This document shows positions 24,490 through 36,639 of a DNA stretch of 64,000 nt, piece after piece. Position numbers and translations under genes: made by a program. Each line of letters begins with the position of its first letter. Position 1 is the stretch's first letter. Under the pieces are notes generated by a model that saw only the letters and a program-made list of their open reading frames with translations, was not told where the DNA came from and did no database searches. The stretch comes from Anthoceros angustus. Lineage: Eukaryota > Plantae > Anthocerotophyta. The DNA lies in the NCBI GenBank assembly GCA_010909165.1, contig VJWM01000019.1:1054001-1118000 (forward strand). Reading direction: 5' to 3'.

Positions 24490-24620
24490 TGGCGGGCGGG
24501 CGGGCGGGCGGGCGCGGGCGGGCGCGGGCGGGCGGGCGGGCGGGCGGGCGGGCGCGGGCGCAGGCGGGCGCGCGGCGGGCGCGGCGGGCGCGGGCGGGCG
24601 GGCGCGGCGGGCGGGCGAGG
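24490..24620 (+). repeat. GC-only microsatellite (GGGC)n/(GGGCGC)n
   Basis: About 130 bp almost entirely G and C with many GGG runs. Confidence 0.95.
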
Positions 24621-24954
24621 CGGAGGAGGCACCACGGTATCAATCCTCCCCCTGCACCAAGCACCTAACTCGCCCATTTCTTGCTGACTATGGTGATGCC
24701 GAATTGTTTGCTTTGTCTCAGGTTTTGATTGGGGACATTGCCATCGGGCCTGTCGAGAACGATCACCCACAAGTAAGACCAGAGAACCTCTCAATGCATT
24801 GTTGGCGTGATACTCCTTTTCTTGCAGATGGCTGACATCCACGGGGCTGGGTGGTGCCACCGGTAGTTCTTGAGCATCATGGCGGTTGTAGGCGGATGGG
24901 ATGTGCACCGCCCACCTCTCCTCACATGCTGCAGGCCCCATAGCCTGCAGCTAG

Positions 24955-26220
24955 AACATGTGCGGGCCAGCAATGGAGGAGGGTTCCACGCTCTCCTCCG
25001 AGCTCACCCGATCCTAATATGTGGAGTGAGTTGTTTTAGAGGTCTTATAACCCGAAGAATCCAATGCATCCTCTGTGCTATGAGGAGCTCGATGCGCTTT
25101 TGCAGCATGCTGAGAACCACAACGACCTCATCTGCCACATTGAGAACTACCTCGACTTCAGTTCTTTTTTTGAGAGCGAACGGGTCGTGTATTTGATTTG
25201 GACCTGGACTTCATCAGGAGAGTGCCTTCCGGCTGGAAGTGCACTATTTCATGCATACTCATTTTGATGGATGGCCATTGGGACCTAGATCATCGCGAGG
25301 CTTCAGTCGGAAGCACCAAGTCACTAGAGACTTCAAGATGTGGATGGCGAAGTTCCTCGATGGCTTGACCTGAGCCACAACATGTGTGGGCCAGCAATGG
25401 AGGAGGGTTCCACGCTCTCCTCCGAGCTCACCCGATCCTAATATGTGGAGTGAGTTGTTTTAGAGGTCTTATTACCGAAAGCCAATGCATCCTCGTACCG
25501 AGGAGCTCGATGCGTTGTTGCAAAGACATGTCGAGGACCACAGCGACCATCCGCCACATTGAGAACTACCCTTGGACTTCAAGTTCTTTTCGAGTGAGGG
25601 CGCGTGGTGAGGTATTTGGACCGGACTGGACTTCATCGTGAGAGTGCCTTCCAGTGGAAGTGCACTATTTCATGCATACTCATTTTGATGGATGGCCATT
25701 GGGACCTAATGATCAACTGCGAGGCCGGCGGTCAAGCACCAAGTCACTAGAGGACTTGCGTGGATGGCGAGTTCCACTCGATGGCTTGACCCAGCCACAA
25801 CATGTGTGGGCCAGCAATGGAGGAGGGTTCCACGCTCTCCTCCGAGCTCACCCGATCCTAATATGTGGAGTGAGTTGTTTTAGAGGTCTTATTACCCGAA
25901 GAAGCCAATGCATCCTCTGTGCTACGAGGAGCTCGATGCGTTGTTGCAGCATGCTGAGGACCACAACGACCTCATCTGCCACATTGAGAACTACCCCTTG
26001 GACTTCAAGTTCTTTTCGAGCTGAGGGAACGTGGTCGTAGGTATTTGGACTGGACCTGGACTTCATACTGTGAGAGTGCCTTCCAGAAGCTGGAAGTGCA
26101 CTATTTCATGCATACTCATTTTGATGGATGGCCATTGGGACCTAATGATCAACTGCGAGGTTTCGCTGGTCAAGCACCAAGTCACTAGAGACGTGGATGT
26201 TCCACTCCGATGGCTTGACT
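24955..26220 (+). repeat. ~420-bp unit in 3 tandem copies inside the TIR element
   Basis: Units start aacatgtg(c/t)gggccagcaatggaggagggttccacgc at ~24955, ~25379 and ~25799. Confidence 0.93.
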
Positions 26221-28317
26221 CACAAAGTGTACTTACTGGCCTCGGCCATCGCCTCTCTGGATTTCATCACAACCTCTTCTACGAATCCTTGCCGACGCCA
26301 ACCATGTCTTGTAGGAGGAAATAAGCGAACTCTACATCATCGAGGATAATGATCATGGGGTTAGGACTGGTGGTCATCGGTTTTAAGCACCTTGAAGCAT
26401 GGGTTTTGTTAGGACATGGTGGTGGAGGCCTTTAGGGTTTAAGTTTGTAGGTTTCGTCATATCTGGCTTATCACGATTTTGACTTGTCCCATTTTTTGCG
26501 CTTGCCTATGTGTAGGCATCCCACCCATCGGCCAGGTTTCTCTGGCCACAATTTTGCAATGGCCCTCAGTTCATGCTTGCCGCTGCATAGCGCCTTCTGC
26601 CGTGCTTGAATATTGGACTGAGAACCACACGATGCATTTGAAGACTTGTCGTCAGACATGACTTCAAACAAATTGCATGCAAGAAGCTCTATGCTGACTT
26701 CCTGACTATTTAGAGTTTGGATGAACGTGGACAGAATGGCCGTCCAGCTCCTTCAAGGCTCTTCGAATTGCAGGGGGCAGCATGATGCTTCCACTGCATT
26801 TGACAATTTGTCACCTACTTTGCCTATGTTCTTTGGCCCTTCCATCAAACTCTGGGTGTGTTGTGAATTGTTGATGTTGTCCCACAAGTTGAGAGGCAGC
26901 AATTCGTAGAATTGGGTTTCCTAGACTATCACACCCTATTGCAGTGCACTGCATGTATGAAATCAATGCAGGGCAGACTCATATGATGGGCCTGTTCGAA
27001 GCTTTTTCTAAAAGACATCAGAAAGAAACGATGTGCTCAGTGCAACGTGAAAGGAGCATCTCCTAAACTTGCCTTGCCTGGTTGTTCTTGAGGGTCAACT
27101 TCAGTGCATCTCAAGAAACGAGCAACGGAGAAGGATGTCTCCTACACCCGTAAATCGCTAGCATCAGAGGAGTGATAGAACGAATTTCAGCACAAGATTC
27201 CCCAAATCCCGCCACCAACAAAGTCTGCTACATGCACCCGGTTTCTTATTCCAACTGAAGGCGGCTTCCATGTTCCAGCAACATGCCCTCTTATTGTTTG
27301 AGCTGTACTTCTTCCCTGCTTTAAAGGAGGATCGGTTTAATGTTTCCAGTATCGCGTTCCTAACAAAAACACGATTCCATTGTCCCTAGCTAAGAGGACG
27401 CGGACACGGCCATGGGCGTGTCTTCGCAAACCATGGCCGTGTCGGCGGCCGCGGCCGTCATTGCCTTCGAAGACCATGGCCGCGGTTGAGGTAGGGTTTG
27501 GCAACCAGATTGGTGCGGCCCGCGGGTTAGGGTAAGGCGGCCATGGGATAGCATCGAAGAAAGCTTAATCGCAAAAGGTAGGGCGGAAGACTCTGCAAAC
27601 ATAGTGTCCCGGCTCTTTGTTTTCAAAGTTGCAAGGACAAAAAAAATTTCAAGCACACCCATTTCGAGGAGAAAGAGTGTGTGTCCCCTTTGGTACTTGT
27701 CTGCTCTTGGCTAGGGTGCCAAAGCGTATGTTTCACCATGTGCTGTGAGAAAGCAATCTGTACAGGAATCTAGGGTATATTCATCAAGATGCCTACGCCT
27801 TGTATGGCTTTCGCGTGAAAAAAAATGCCCCATCCCCTCTTTCCTCTTTGGTATGCCATAGTTAGGTAGAGAAGCAGTTAGGTGGAAAATTATTTTTTGT
27901 AAAACCTATCAATTGAACTACGAATTTTTCTTATTTTTTGAGATTTTGGGGATTTTGAATCTAAAAATATTTTCCTTGTCATGATAGAGGTTTTTTATTG
28001 CTGCTTAGAGAGAGTGCTAGCCTTGAAGCCATTAAGAAGAGAAGCAGTAAAAATTATTTTTAGTAAAACCTATTAAATGAATTATGAATTTTTCCTAACT
28101 TTGAGATTTTTTGGATATCAAATTTATAAATATTTTCTTATCTTTTAGATAAGAAGAACCTAATTTGAAATCTCGGGTTCTTGATTGCATCACCGAAATG
28201 CCATTTGGAGTGTAATACAAGCGATGCATATCATCAAGTAGTTATATTCCTCTGCAACGGAGAATCCAGTTGCATTTGCCGGTTTATCATGTCCTAGACC
28301 TCCTAATGCAGGACAAC

Positions 28318-28860
28318 AAGTAACCAATTTAAATGAACCCTAACTAATGAAGATAATGAACTAAAATATTTAACTTCCTTTATTTTCTTTCTATTCACTA
28401 AACTATTCACTCTATATAACGAATAGATAAGTAGATATATTCATACGTAAATCTAACCAACTTAACAAGGATGTGAAAAGATCGAATCCTCTAGCTAACC
28501 AATAAATTATAACCAATCTAAATGAACTCTAACTAATAAAGATGAATGAACCTAAACAAAAAAAATGACTTCCTTTAAGGTCTTTTTATATGAACTAAGT
28601 AGCATAAATAATAAATAGATAAGCTAAAAATATTCATACATAAACCCACACAATTAGTACATTAACTGTTATCATCTCCAATTTGGCTGTCCAAGAATGA
28701 GGGAGCTCTTAATTAACCTCTAGCTAACTAATTAATTTAGTCAGCCAAATGAAATCTAAATTAAACAAGATAATATAAAACTAAACAAAATATTTAACTT
28801 CCTTCATGATTTTTCTATTCACTAGAAAATTATTCTAAATAAAAATAGATGTTCAATATT
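28318..28860. repeat. AT-rich degenerate ~200-bp repeat, 3 copies
   Basis: Recurring aaccaa(t)ttaaatgaac..taactaat..aagat...aaaatatttaacttcc near 28320, 28510 and 28745. Confidence 0.65.
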
Positions 28861-29178
28861 CATGCTTTACCTTGAACAATTAGTAGATATAACAATTATC
28901 ATTAACATACAAAGGAGATGGCCTCGTGCACAAAAGCAGCATCCACATTGTCATCTGGGAAGCATCCACCATCGCTCCTTTACATCCCGCAATTGCTATA
29001 ACAATTGCTCCTTCTATAACAAAACGCCGTGATTAAAACTTCTAAATTTTTCTCAGAGATTGGACCCCTGATAGGATACAGGGCTTCTACTGGGAAAATA
29101 TTGATGAGCAAGGCACTCCAATTCCCGATTCACTATGAGGAATACAACATCTACATTTTGCAACACTCTCGTGATCGC

Positions 29179-30506
29179 TTGGCGCGACTTCGACTGGGTA
29201 CCGTGCACGACAATCCCATGTCGTTGTAGAAAGTCCGTTCTCAAGGGAATGGTCTGCTTATTTGTCGAGCCCTATCGCCTCGAACGGACTTCATCAAAGG
29301 CGGCCCACAACCTAAGTGTGTGCCCCTCCACAACTCGTTTGGACCAGCGCACCACCGGACCTTCCCACAAACCCCGCCCGGATTTCTCCAAGACTACCGA
29401 ACAGTTTAACGACGCTGCCTCGCCGCCCACGACTAGCGCCCAGCCTCAACTCGTCACGCCACAACTCCACCTCAACACACACGCCAGAACACGACCCTTC
29501 TCCCTTATCCATTCTCCAAATTAGTAGTCACAACACCAACACGCCGATGTATTCACACCAGTGCCCCTTCCTACCGCCTCTGCTCATGGAGAAGTTTAGC
29601 ACTGCAACCCCACAGCCTCCGCTCCAGCCTCCAAGGATGGCTTCCGCCACAGTCACCCCAAGCGCCTAATCCTCCTACCGCTTCACGCTCATGGAGAAGT
29701 GGCACGCATCCCCAGCCTGCTCCAGCCTCCAAGGATGGCTTCCGCCAGTCGCCCAAGCGCCTCCTAATCCTCCTACCGCTTCACGCTCATGGAGAAGTGG
29801 CTTCAGCCTGCATCCCCACGCCTGCTCCGCCCAGCCTCCAAGGTTAGTCTCGCACCCGAAATCACCCGCAGCACCCCGAGCTCAGTCCGCCCCGCACCGC
29901 ACTCCACGTGCGGAGCTTCACACAAACACATCCCTCTACCACCAATTAATCCCGCACGGTGACGCAGAACTCACTCCGCCTCCTCGAGCACAAGGCAAGA
30001 GCACACGAGCGCCAAGATGGTACCCGGATAGTCTGCCTTGGACGCCAGCCTTCCTATATACTCCCATACCCTAACCTAACCCGCCTATGTATGTATCCTA
30101 ACCGCTATGTATGTACCCTAACTGGTCGTGGTAACCACGGACGTAGCTCATCACCGCCGACTTCTGCACCACCGCTTCCCCGCCAAAGAGATCCATGCCA
30201 GCGATGCCACCAAACTAAACCACGCCTGCACCACTCCTGACCGCCCGGACGGACCACTCCGGACCTCTCAAGGACGGACCACTCCATCGGACCTCGCCGG
30301 ACCGGACCACCGTCGGACCACCCGGGCGGGACCCTCCGCCGGACCTCGACGGACGGACCCTCCGTCCTCAGCGGACCGGGGTCTAGGGATTACCAAGTGC
30401 AATCTCGGCCGAAAATGGCCTTATTGGCTAACCTCCCTATCCCTCTTAACAAGAACAAAAGCAAAACAAGCCGCCAAGAGTACGGACATCGGATTTGGCA
30501 CCCACA
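29179..30506 (-). repeat. LTR-B copy 1 (~1.33 kb). Other copies: 30891-32192 (interrupted by A), 52582-~53020 (partial), 53718-55422
   Basis: Colinear shared sequence from gacaatcc...tgtcgttgtag to gtacggac...tggcac(c/t)c(c)aca; internal ggaccactcc/ggacctc and ccctaacc repeats. Confidence 0.85.
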
Positions 30507-30890
30507 TACTCCTTCTCATCTCGGCCTCGCCAACACCCTGTGCAATACTCCGCTCTTCCTGACTCTCCCTTCTCGTGTTTTACTACCTCGTGTGTCGCAA
30601 GTCCGCAACATTGGGAACCTTACCAAGATTCATCCTCCGCTGAGGATGAGTCGCCTCCTCCTCCTCCGAGGTTGATGTGCCGTCCTCCCCGCCGTGCCCA
30701 TCTCTCTTCTCTCCTTTGAGCATGCCGGGCCTCCCGCTAGATTCGCACCCTCTGGCCCCGGCCCCTGCATCCTCCCTACTCAGATACTCCACAAACCGCC
30801 CGACCATTACACCCATCCACAACCGCAATCCGGGCATCCTACTCCTACCTACTAACTCAGTAGAACACAATACCATTCTAAGAACCAAAA
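30507..30890 (-). other. Non-coding interior of element B (~385 bp). Other copies at ~52195-52581 and ~53330-53717
   Basis: PPT-like GATGAGAAGG(G)AGTA on minus abuts one LTR; PBS TGGCGCTGCTGTCGGGAAT (clear at 52560-52581 and 53696-53717) abuts the other; no gag or pol motifs. Confidence 0.82.
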
Positions 30891-32192
30891 TGTGGCGCGA
30901 CTTTCACGATGGCCACCGCACGACAATCCGTGTCGTTGTAAGGAGTCCGCCCAAGGAATGGTCTGCATATTCGCTCGAGCTCTACACCATCCGAACGGAC
31001 TTCATCAGTTGGGTCCGCGGCTCCACAACCTAAGTGTGTGCCCTCCACAACTCGTCGGACCACCACCGGACCTTCCCACAAACCCGCCTGATTTCTCCAA
31101 GACTACCGAACAGTTTAACGACGCTGCCTTCGGCCTACTTAGCGCCTGGCCCCTCAACTCCTGCCCACAACTCCACCTCAACACACACGCCAGAACACGA
31201 CTTCTCCCTTATCCATTCCCAGTAGTCACAACACCAACACGCGATGTATTCACACGCGCGCCTTCCTACCGCTTCACGCTCGCGGAGAAGTAGCTTGCCC
31301 TGCAACCCCACAGCCTCCGCTCCAAGCCTCGGCTCCGCCACAGTCACCCCAAGCGCCTCAATCCCCTCCTACCGCTCACAGAAGTGGCTTCAGCATCCCC
31401 ACACCTCGCTCCAGAGCCTCCAAGGATGGCTTCCGCCAAAGCACCCCAAGCGCCTCCTAATCCTCCTACCGCTACGCTGGAGAAGTGGCTTCGCACTGCA
31501 TCCCCATGCCTCCGCTCCAAAGCAGCCTCCAAGGTTAGTCTCAGACCCGAGAAATCACCCGCGAGCACCTCCCGAGCTCAGTCCGACCCCTTCGCACTCC
31601 ATCAAGCGTGTTGGCGGAGCTCGTCACCGAGCTCTAAACACATCCTCTACCACCAATTAATCCCCGCACGGTGACGCAGAACTCACTCCGCCTCCTCGAG
31701 CACGGCAAGAGCACACGAGCGAAGATGGTACTGGATAGTCTCGCCTTGACGCCAGCCTTCCCATATACTCCCATACCCTAACCTAACCCGCCTATGTATG
31801 TATCCTAACACTTTATGTATACCCTAACCTCAGGTCGTAGTAACGCCCGGGCGTAGCTCATCAACTGGCGGACTTCTTGCAGCTTCCCCGTAAGCAGTAG
31901 ATCCATGCAGCGATGCCACCAAACTAAACCACCGGCGAGACCACTCGGTCGGACTTCGCGCGGACCACTCGCGGACCTCTCAAGCGGACCACTCCATCGG
32001 ACCTCGCCGGGCAGACCACTCGGACCTCGCAGGACGGACCACTCCATCGGACCTCGCCGGACGGACCACCGTCCTCAGCAACGGGGTCTAGGGATTACAC
32101 TTAAAGTGCAATCGGCGAAATGCAGCCTTATTGGCTAACTCCTCCTATCCCTCTTACCAAGTGCTGACCAAAAAGCAAAACAAGCGCCAAGA

Positions 32193-35100
32193 TGCGTGGC
32201 GAGACTTCTTGATGGACGGTAGCGCACAATCCGTGTCGTTGTAGGAAGAAGTCCGTTCCCAAGGGAATGATAGGCGTTTAGCGTTTGGTGATTCTTACCG
32301 TCCTTAGCGCTCGTTGTCTCGGCACACACACATACTCTAACTACTCACGTTCACCGTACGGGCCGGTATGGCCAAGCGTTTAAGGACCCGTTCGCGTCCG
32401 TATCGTTCACATACATCCTTCACGCATCGGTCCTTTCCTCTCCTCTCACGCTACACTCTTGATCTTAGAAAAAAGCGCGGATTCTGTGATCCGGACCTCC
32501 TCCGTCGTTCAGGGCCTCTCGTCCGGGCTCTACACGCCCTCCGGGTTCCTCGGCTCAGCGTTCAGTCCGTTCGGTGTCGGACGCGGCTCGAACGAGCACG
32601 GATCACCGATCACCCTTCCACACACCACAGCGTTAAGTCCGTCACGGGACCTTGATCAATCTCCCGGGGCACCTTTCGTGACTCGGGACTCACGTTAGCA
32701 AGAAGACTCACAAAGTGCACAGCAGCATCAACACCAAGAAAGATGCTTTACTAGGGACCTCGGCCCTCTTATCTCTGCGCCCAGGTGGCGTCTTTATTAC
32801 CCCTATTACGGGCGTGCCATTTCGGTATACCTAATCGGCCGCCTACCACTATCCCTATCTCCTTCGCCATTGTGGTGGGAAGGTCACAGGCCCCGCCTCG
32901 GAATGGGTGGTCAATCCCCGTCAGGTTGTGGTGCAATCGGATGATCCGTGAGGCGGGGCCCTCCTCTCCCGGAATCACATCGAGGTTGGGCTCTGGCGGC
33001 GGTCGACAGCCGCCGTTACCACGGCGTCATCCTCCACAGCCCCTCACAGGTCCCTTGGGTGGGGCCACCTACTCGGCTCCCCTAAGCGTAAGTCGAAGGG
33101 GCTCCTCCTTCTTGCCGCCCGGTCCTCGAGGTCTGTCTCGACTCACAGACTTGAGTCGGCTTATTCACTCGGCCGGCTAGGTCAGGTCTCTGGGTCCGGA
33201 CCTCGGGGTCAGTTGTCAGTCCGGACTTGGTCGGACTTATTCGAGTCCGGACTTGGTCCGGACTTATTAGAGTCCGGACTTGGTCGGCCTCCCTCGGGGT
33301 CCGGACAAAGTCGGACTCCGGGTTTCCTCCCTCACGGGACTCCTCAGTGGCTCTCCTCGAAGTCCCTTGTTCCCGATCGCCCGTGGCTCCGTTGGCCCCT
33401 CCTTCCATGGTGAGGTGCGGGTGCACCTCGATCGCATCCGCGCTCCTCGTTCCTCCTCCGGTTGCTCCTCTCCGCGCTCCGTCATCTCAAAAGGGGCCAC
33501 TAGGGTCCTGTCTTTGTCCCGTGGCCTTCATCTCCTTGAGCCTTCCGGTCCGTCGTTTGCGGCGGCGTCGAGGCTTCTCGCCTTGAGGGCTCGGCGTGGT
33601 AATAGGCAAAGTCGAATCGACTTGTTGAATTGCCTCTTCCACGTGTGCGGGCACAATACTCCCTCGCCATAAGTGTTAGGTCGTGCTTTCGGCTTGTTGG
33701 GCCACCTCTCACCCGGTTGGCAGTTGGGCAGGCGTATCATGAGGCTACAAGGCGGCCTCGGTCACCTCCTGCATTGCAGCGCTCACTGCTCGGCTCCGTC
33801 GTTTCCTTCCATGCCGCCCGGCTTACCGCCATAGCGGCGTTCCCTTCCGCCTTTCGGTGGACCGGCTTCTTTTACGCTTCCGGTGCTCGCGCTCCTCCGT
33901 TCATTACGGCCTTTAGCTCGCGGCTCCTCTCATATACCTCCGTCCAGACTCGGGACTTCCTCCAGCTCGCCATGGCAGCAGCGTCCAACTCCTTGGATAG
34001 TCGCGATTTTCCTCCGTCTTGACGGGCGGGCACTCTTTTGTGCTCGAGGTCGTGGATTCTCTCGTTGAGAATCACTGCTTTCAAGCGCATCTTGGGTTGT
34101 AGCTCAGTGTCCTTCTTTGTCCTCCATCTGCTGCCTCCTTCTACCTCCTGCTTGTGCCGGAGATCCCTATCTCCCGAGTCTTGGCCTCCACTCCACTCCA
34201 TAGCACTTTGTCACGGCCTTGAGTTAGCCTCATTTTCTCTCTCCACCGGTTCGATCACGTGCATGTGATCCGGTCGCTCTTTTGCATGACTTCCGCTCGC
34301 CGCCTTTACGGGCCTCGCCCACTTGGCGCTGCTCTGGCAGACGCCTCCGCCCGGTCGAGCTCTCTGCCCGGGCCTCTTCCGCCTCTGCTGCGCTTCCCTC
34401 TTACTGCAAGGTCCTCCGCGCTTGGGCCTCGAGCTTGCTTGTGACGCCGGTGAAGAACCTTAACCAGTCTGTGAACGCCGGGCCTCGCTCCGCCACCCGG
34501 CGTTTCCCTTCCTCGATCGGCGAGGGACTCCGCCTTTCCTTTGCCTCGGCCGCCTTCACTTGCTCTTGGGTTCCACCATCCTCCTCGGGTGGCCTCCACT
34601 TCCACAGGTCTTCTCCATGTACCAGAGACCCCAAAGCATTCCGTCCATGGCGGTAGCAGGACTTCGCCGTGTTTCTTCCACGGCCTGAGTGAGGCCCCCA
34701 CAAAGTCCGTAGTGGGGCCGGCATTTCTCGATCCATGAGGACCTCCATACCCGTCCGGGAGTAAGTGGGTTCTCGGACCTAATCGGGACCCTCGGGTCAC
34801 AGTGGTGTCAGTCTCACCCTCTTGGCCCTCTTGGCCTCTAACTCCTTTGTGCCCTCTTTCTCCACAGGGCTCGGAGGTGAGGGGGTCGGGAGCAAGCTCT
34901 TTTGCCCCTTCACAGCCGGGGCAGGCCGGCTCGAGGTGGGCTGCCGGTGACCTCCTGCTCCTTGGGCCACGTCCCTTCTGCCCTCCTTACGCCTCTTGAC
35001 CTCTTGCCACTCCGTGGGGGTAAAGTCTGCCAGGTCTTTGCGTTGGTAAGCGGCACCGTCTTCCGCCTCTTGACTCCCGAGTTCGTCGGGGCTCGGCCGT

Positions 35101-36596
35101 CGTGGTTGTTGGCTGCATTGCCGGTGCGGGCCAGCGCCCTCCGCATCGGCTCCCTCACTGTCGGGCTCGGAGGGCACCAAAAGGAGGAAGGGAATCGCCT
35201 CCCAAACTTCCACAGGTGGTGAGGGGTTCGCTCAGGGCGTATGGAGTCAGGAATCCCTCGTCGTCCTCCCGAGTCCGCTTGGTCTTGAAGGGCGACCCCC
35301 ACCTCAGGCGCCCCTTGCACGCTCTACTTGGCGGGGCCTCCGGCCCCTTGGGGCGCCCGCTCAAGCTCTCCCTCCTTGAGCTCGAAATGTCCCCATACAT
35401 GAATCGGTGTAGTTGATGAGGCTTCTCGCTCCTTAGCTTGCGTGCCTCGGCGCAGGCGAAGATAATCCTTCCCAGTCCGCTCTCTTCCCTTGGGCGCATG
35501 CGAGAATACCAGGTTATCACCAAGGTGATCCACCTTGGTGGCGAGTTCAATGGACAATGATCCGGGCTCCTTACTCGGTATCCGGCGGATCGGATATCAA
35601 CCATCCGTTGGTTGTCCTGCGTTCGAGCCTCGCATCGCGTGGGCGGCCCTATCTTCCGCCTTAAGGGGCTCGGCACGCCCCTTCTTCCTCCTTGGGCGGT
35701 TGTAGGCCATCCTCGGGACCTCAAGGTCCATCGCCTCGGGTCCTCCGGAGGTTCTTGGATCGGACCTCCTTGTTGATCGCCCGGCATCTTGGGCAAACTC
35801 CGGACTAGAGTAGCGTTGTCAAAGGTCGAGACCATTTGGAATCATGCCACTCTGCACCAATTCCCTGCTTCCTCCGGCCGGGGCCGAAGTCCGGATAGCG
35901 CGGGTCACAATGTTGCGCTCCACGAGGTCCATGGCTCCCGGACTTTCCGTCGGCTTTTGGGTGCCATTGCTTTCTCCTCCTCTTGTTCTTTGTGGCTGGC
36001 GCGGGTCGGGCGATGTTCCTCCCGGCGCGTTCGTGCTCCAACCTGATGCGCCACGCTCTGGTGGCCCAAGAAAGCGCCCGAGCCGGATTGCGGGCGCAAG
36101 GCTATGAGGTATGCGGAGGCTGCGCGGCAGACCTCCCTCCTTGGCGCGCTTGTGGAAGTAAGCGCTGGGCGGGCGCCTCTTCGTTGTCCGTGCGCGAGTG
36201 CATGCGGCACTCGACCCCTGCTTCCCTGCGGCCTTCGCCGCGCGCGCCGCGGGCGTGAATACTCGGCCTCTGGCAGGTTACGGTCTGACCTCGCATGCCC
36301 GACCTCCACTCGGGGCCGTCCACGTGGCGCCGCCTGCATCCTCACGCCTCCGCTCCTGGGTTACTTTCACTGGCGTACTTATCCTATTTTGACACAGGTG
36401 GGTTCGGACTTATCCGTTACTCCGTAGTCGGAGCTTGCCATAGTGATGGGGGTCCGTTGTTCACTCCAGTCGGAGTATACTCCGGAGCCTCGTCCGGCGC
36501 TACCCCAATTTTATTCCTCCTTTTGCCTTATTTATCCTTCAATCCTAAAAAGCGAAACCCTACTTATTTCTTAACTCCCGAAGTGCATAGCCCACA
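32193..36596 (-). repeat. 3' LTR of element A (~4.4 kb)
   Basis: Colinear with 46937-51374 over its whole length; ends GCCCACA immediately beside the PPT. Confidence 0.87.
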
Positions 36597-36639
36597 TACT
36601 CCCTTCTCATCATTGGCGTCTCCGCCACACTAAGCATGA

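Larger units (their letters stand above)
24254..27859. mobile_element. Non-autonomous TIR DNA transposon (hAT- or MULE-like by TSD length), 3606 bp
   Basis: Imperfect ~50-bp TIRs beginning ATGGCATACCAAAGAGGA / ending TCCTCTTTGGTATGCCAT. Exact 8-bp TSD AGTTAGGT at 24246-24253 and 27860-27867. The rejoined empty site matches the neighbouring ~160-bp repeat at ~27985-28150. No recognisable transposase. Confidence 0.9.

Noticed and set aside
24230-24941. Gly/Ala/Arg-rich and Pro/Arg-rich ORFs
   Set aside because: Products of the (GGGC)n microsatellite with no domain signal.
26330-27390. Transposase gene inside the 24254-27859 TIR element
   Set aside because: A ~150-codon minus-strand frame with one stop exists, but it shows no DDE, BED or MULE motif I can recognise.
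30060-30125. Telomere-like CCCTAA repeats (interstitial telomere)
   Set aside because: Only scattered CCCTAA(CC) words inside every LTR-B copy, not a tandem telomeric array.
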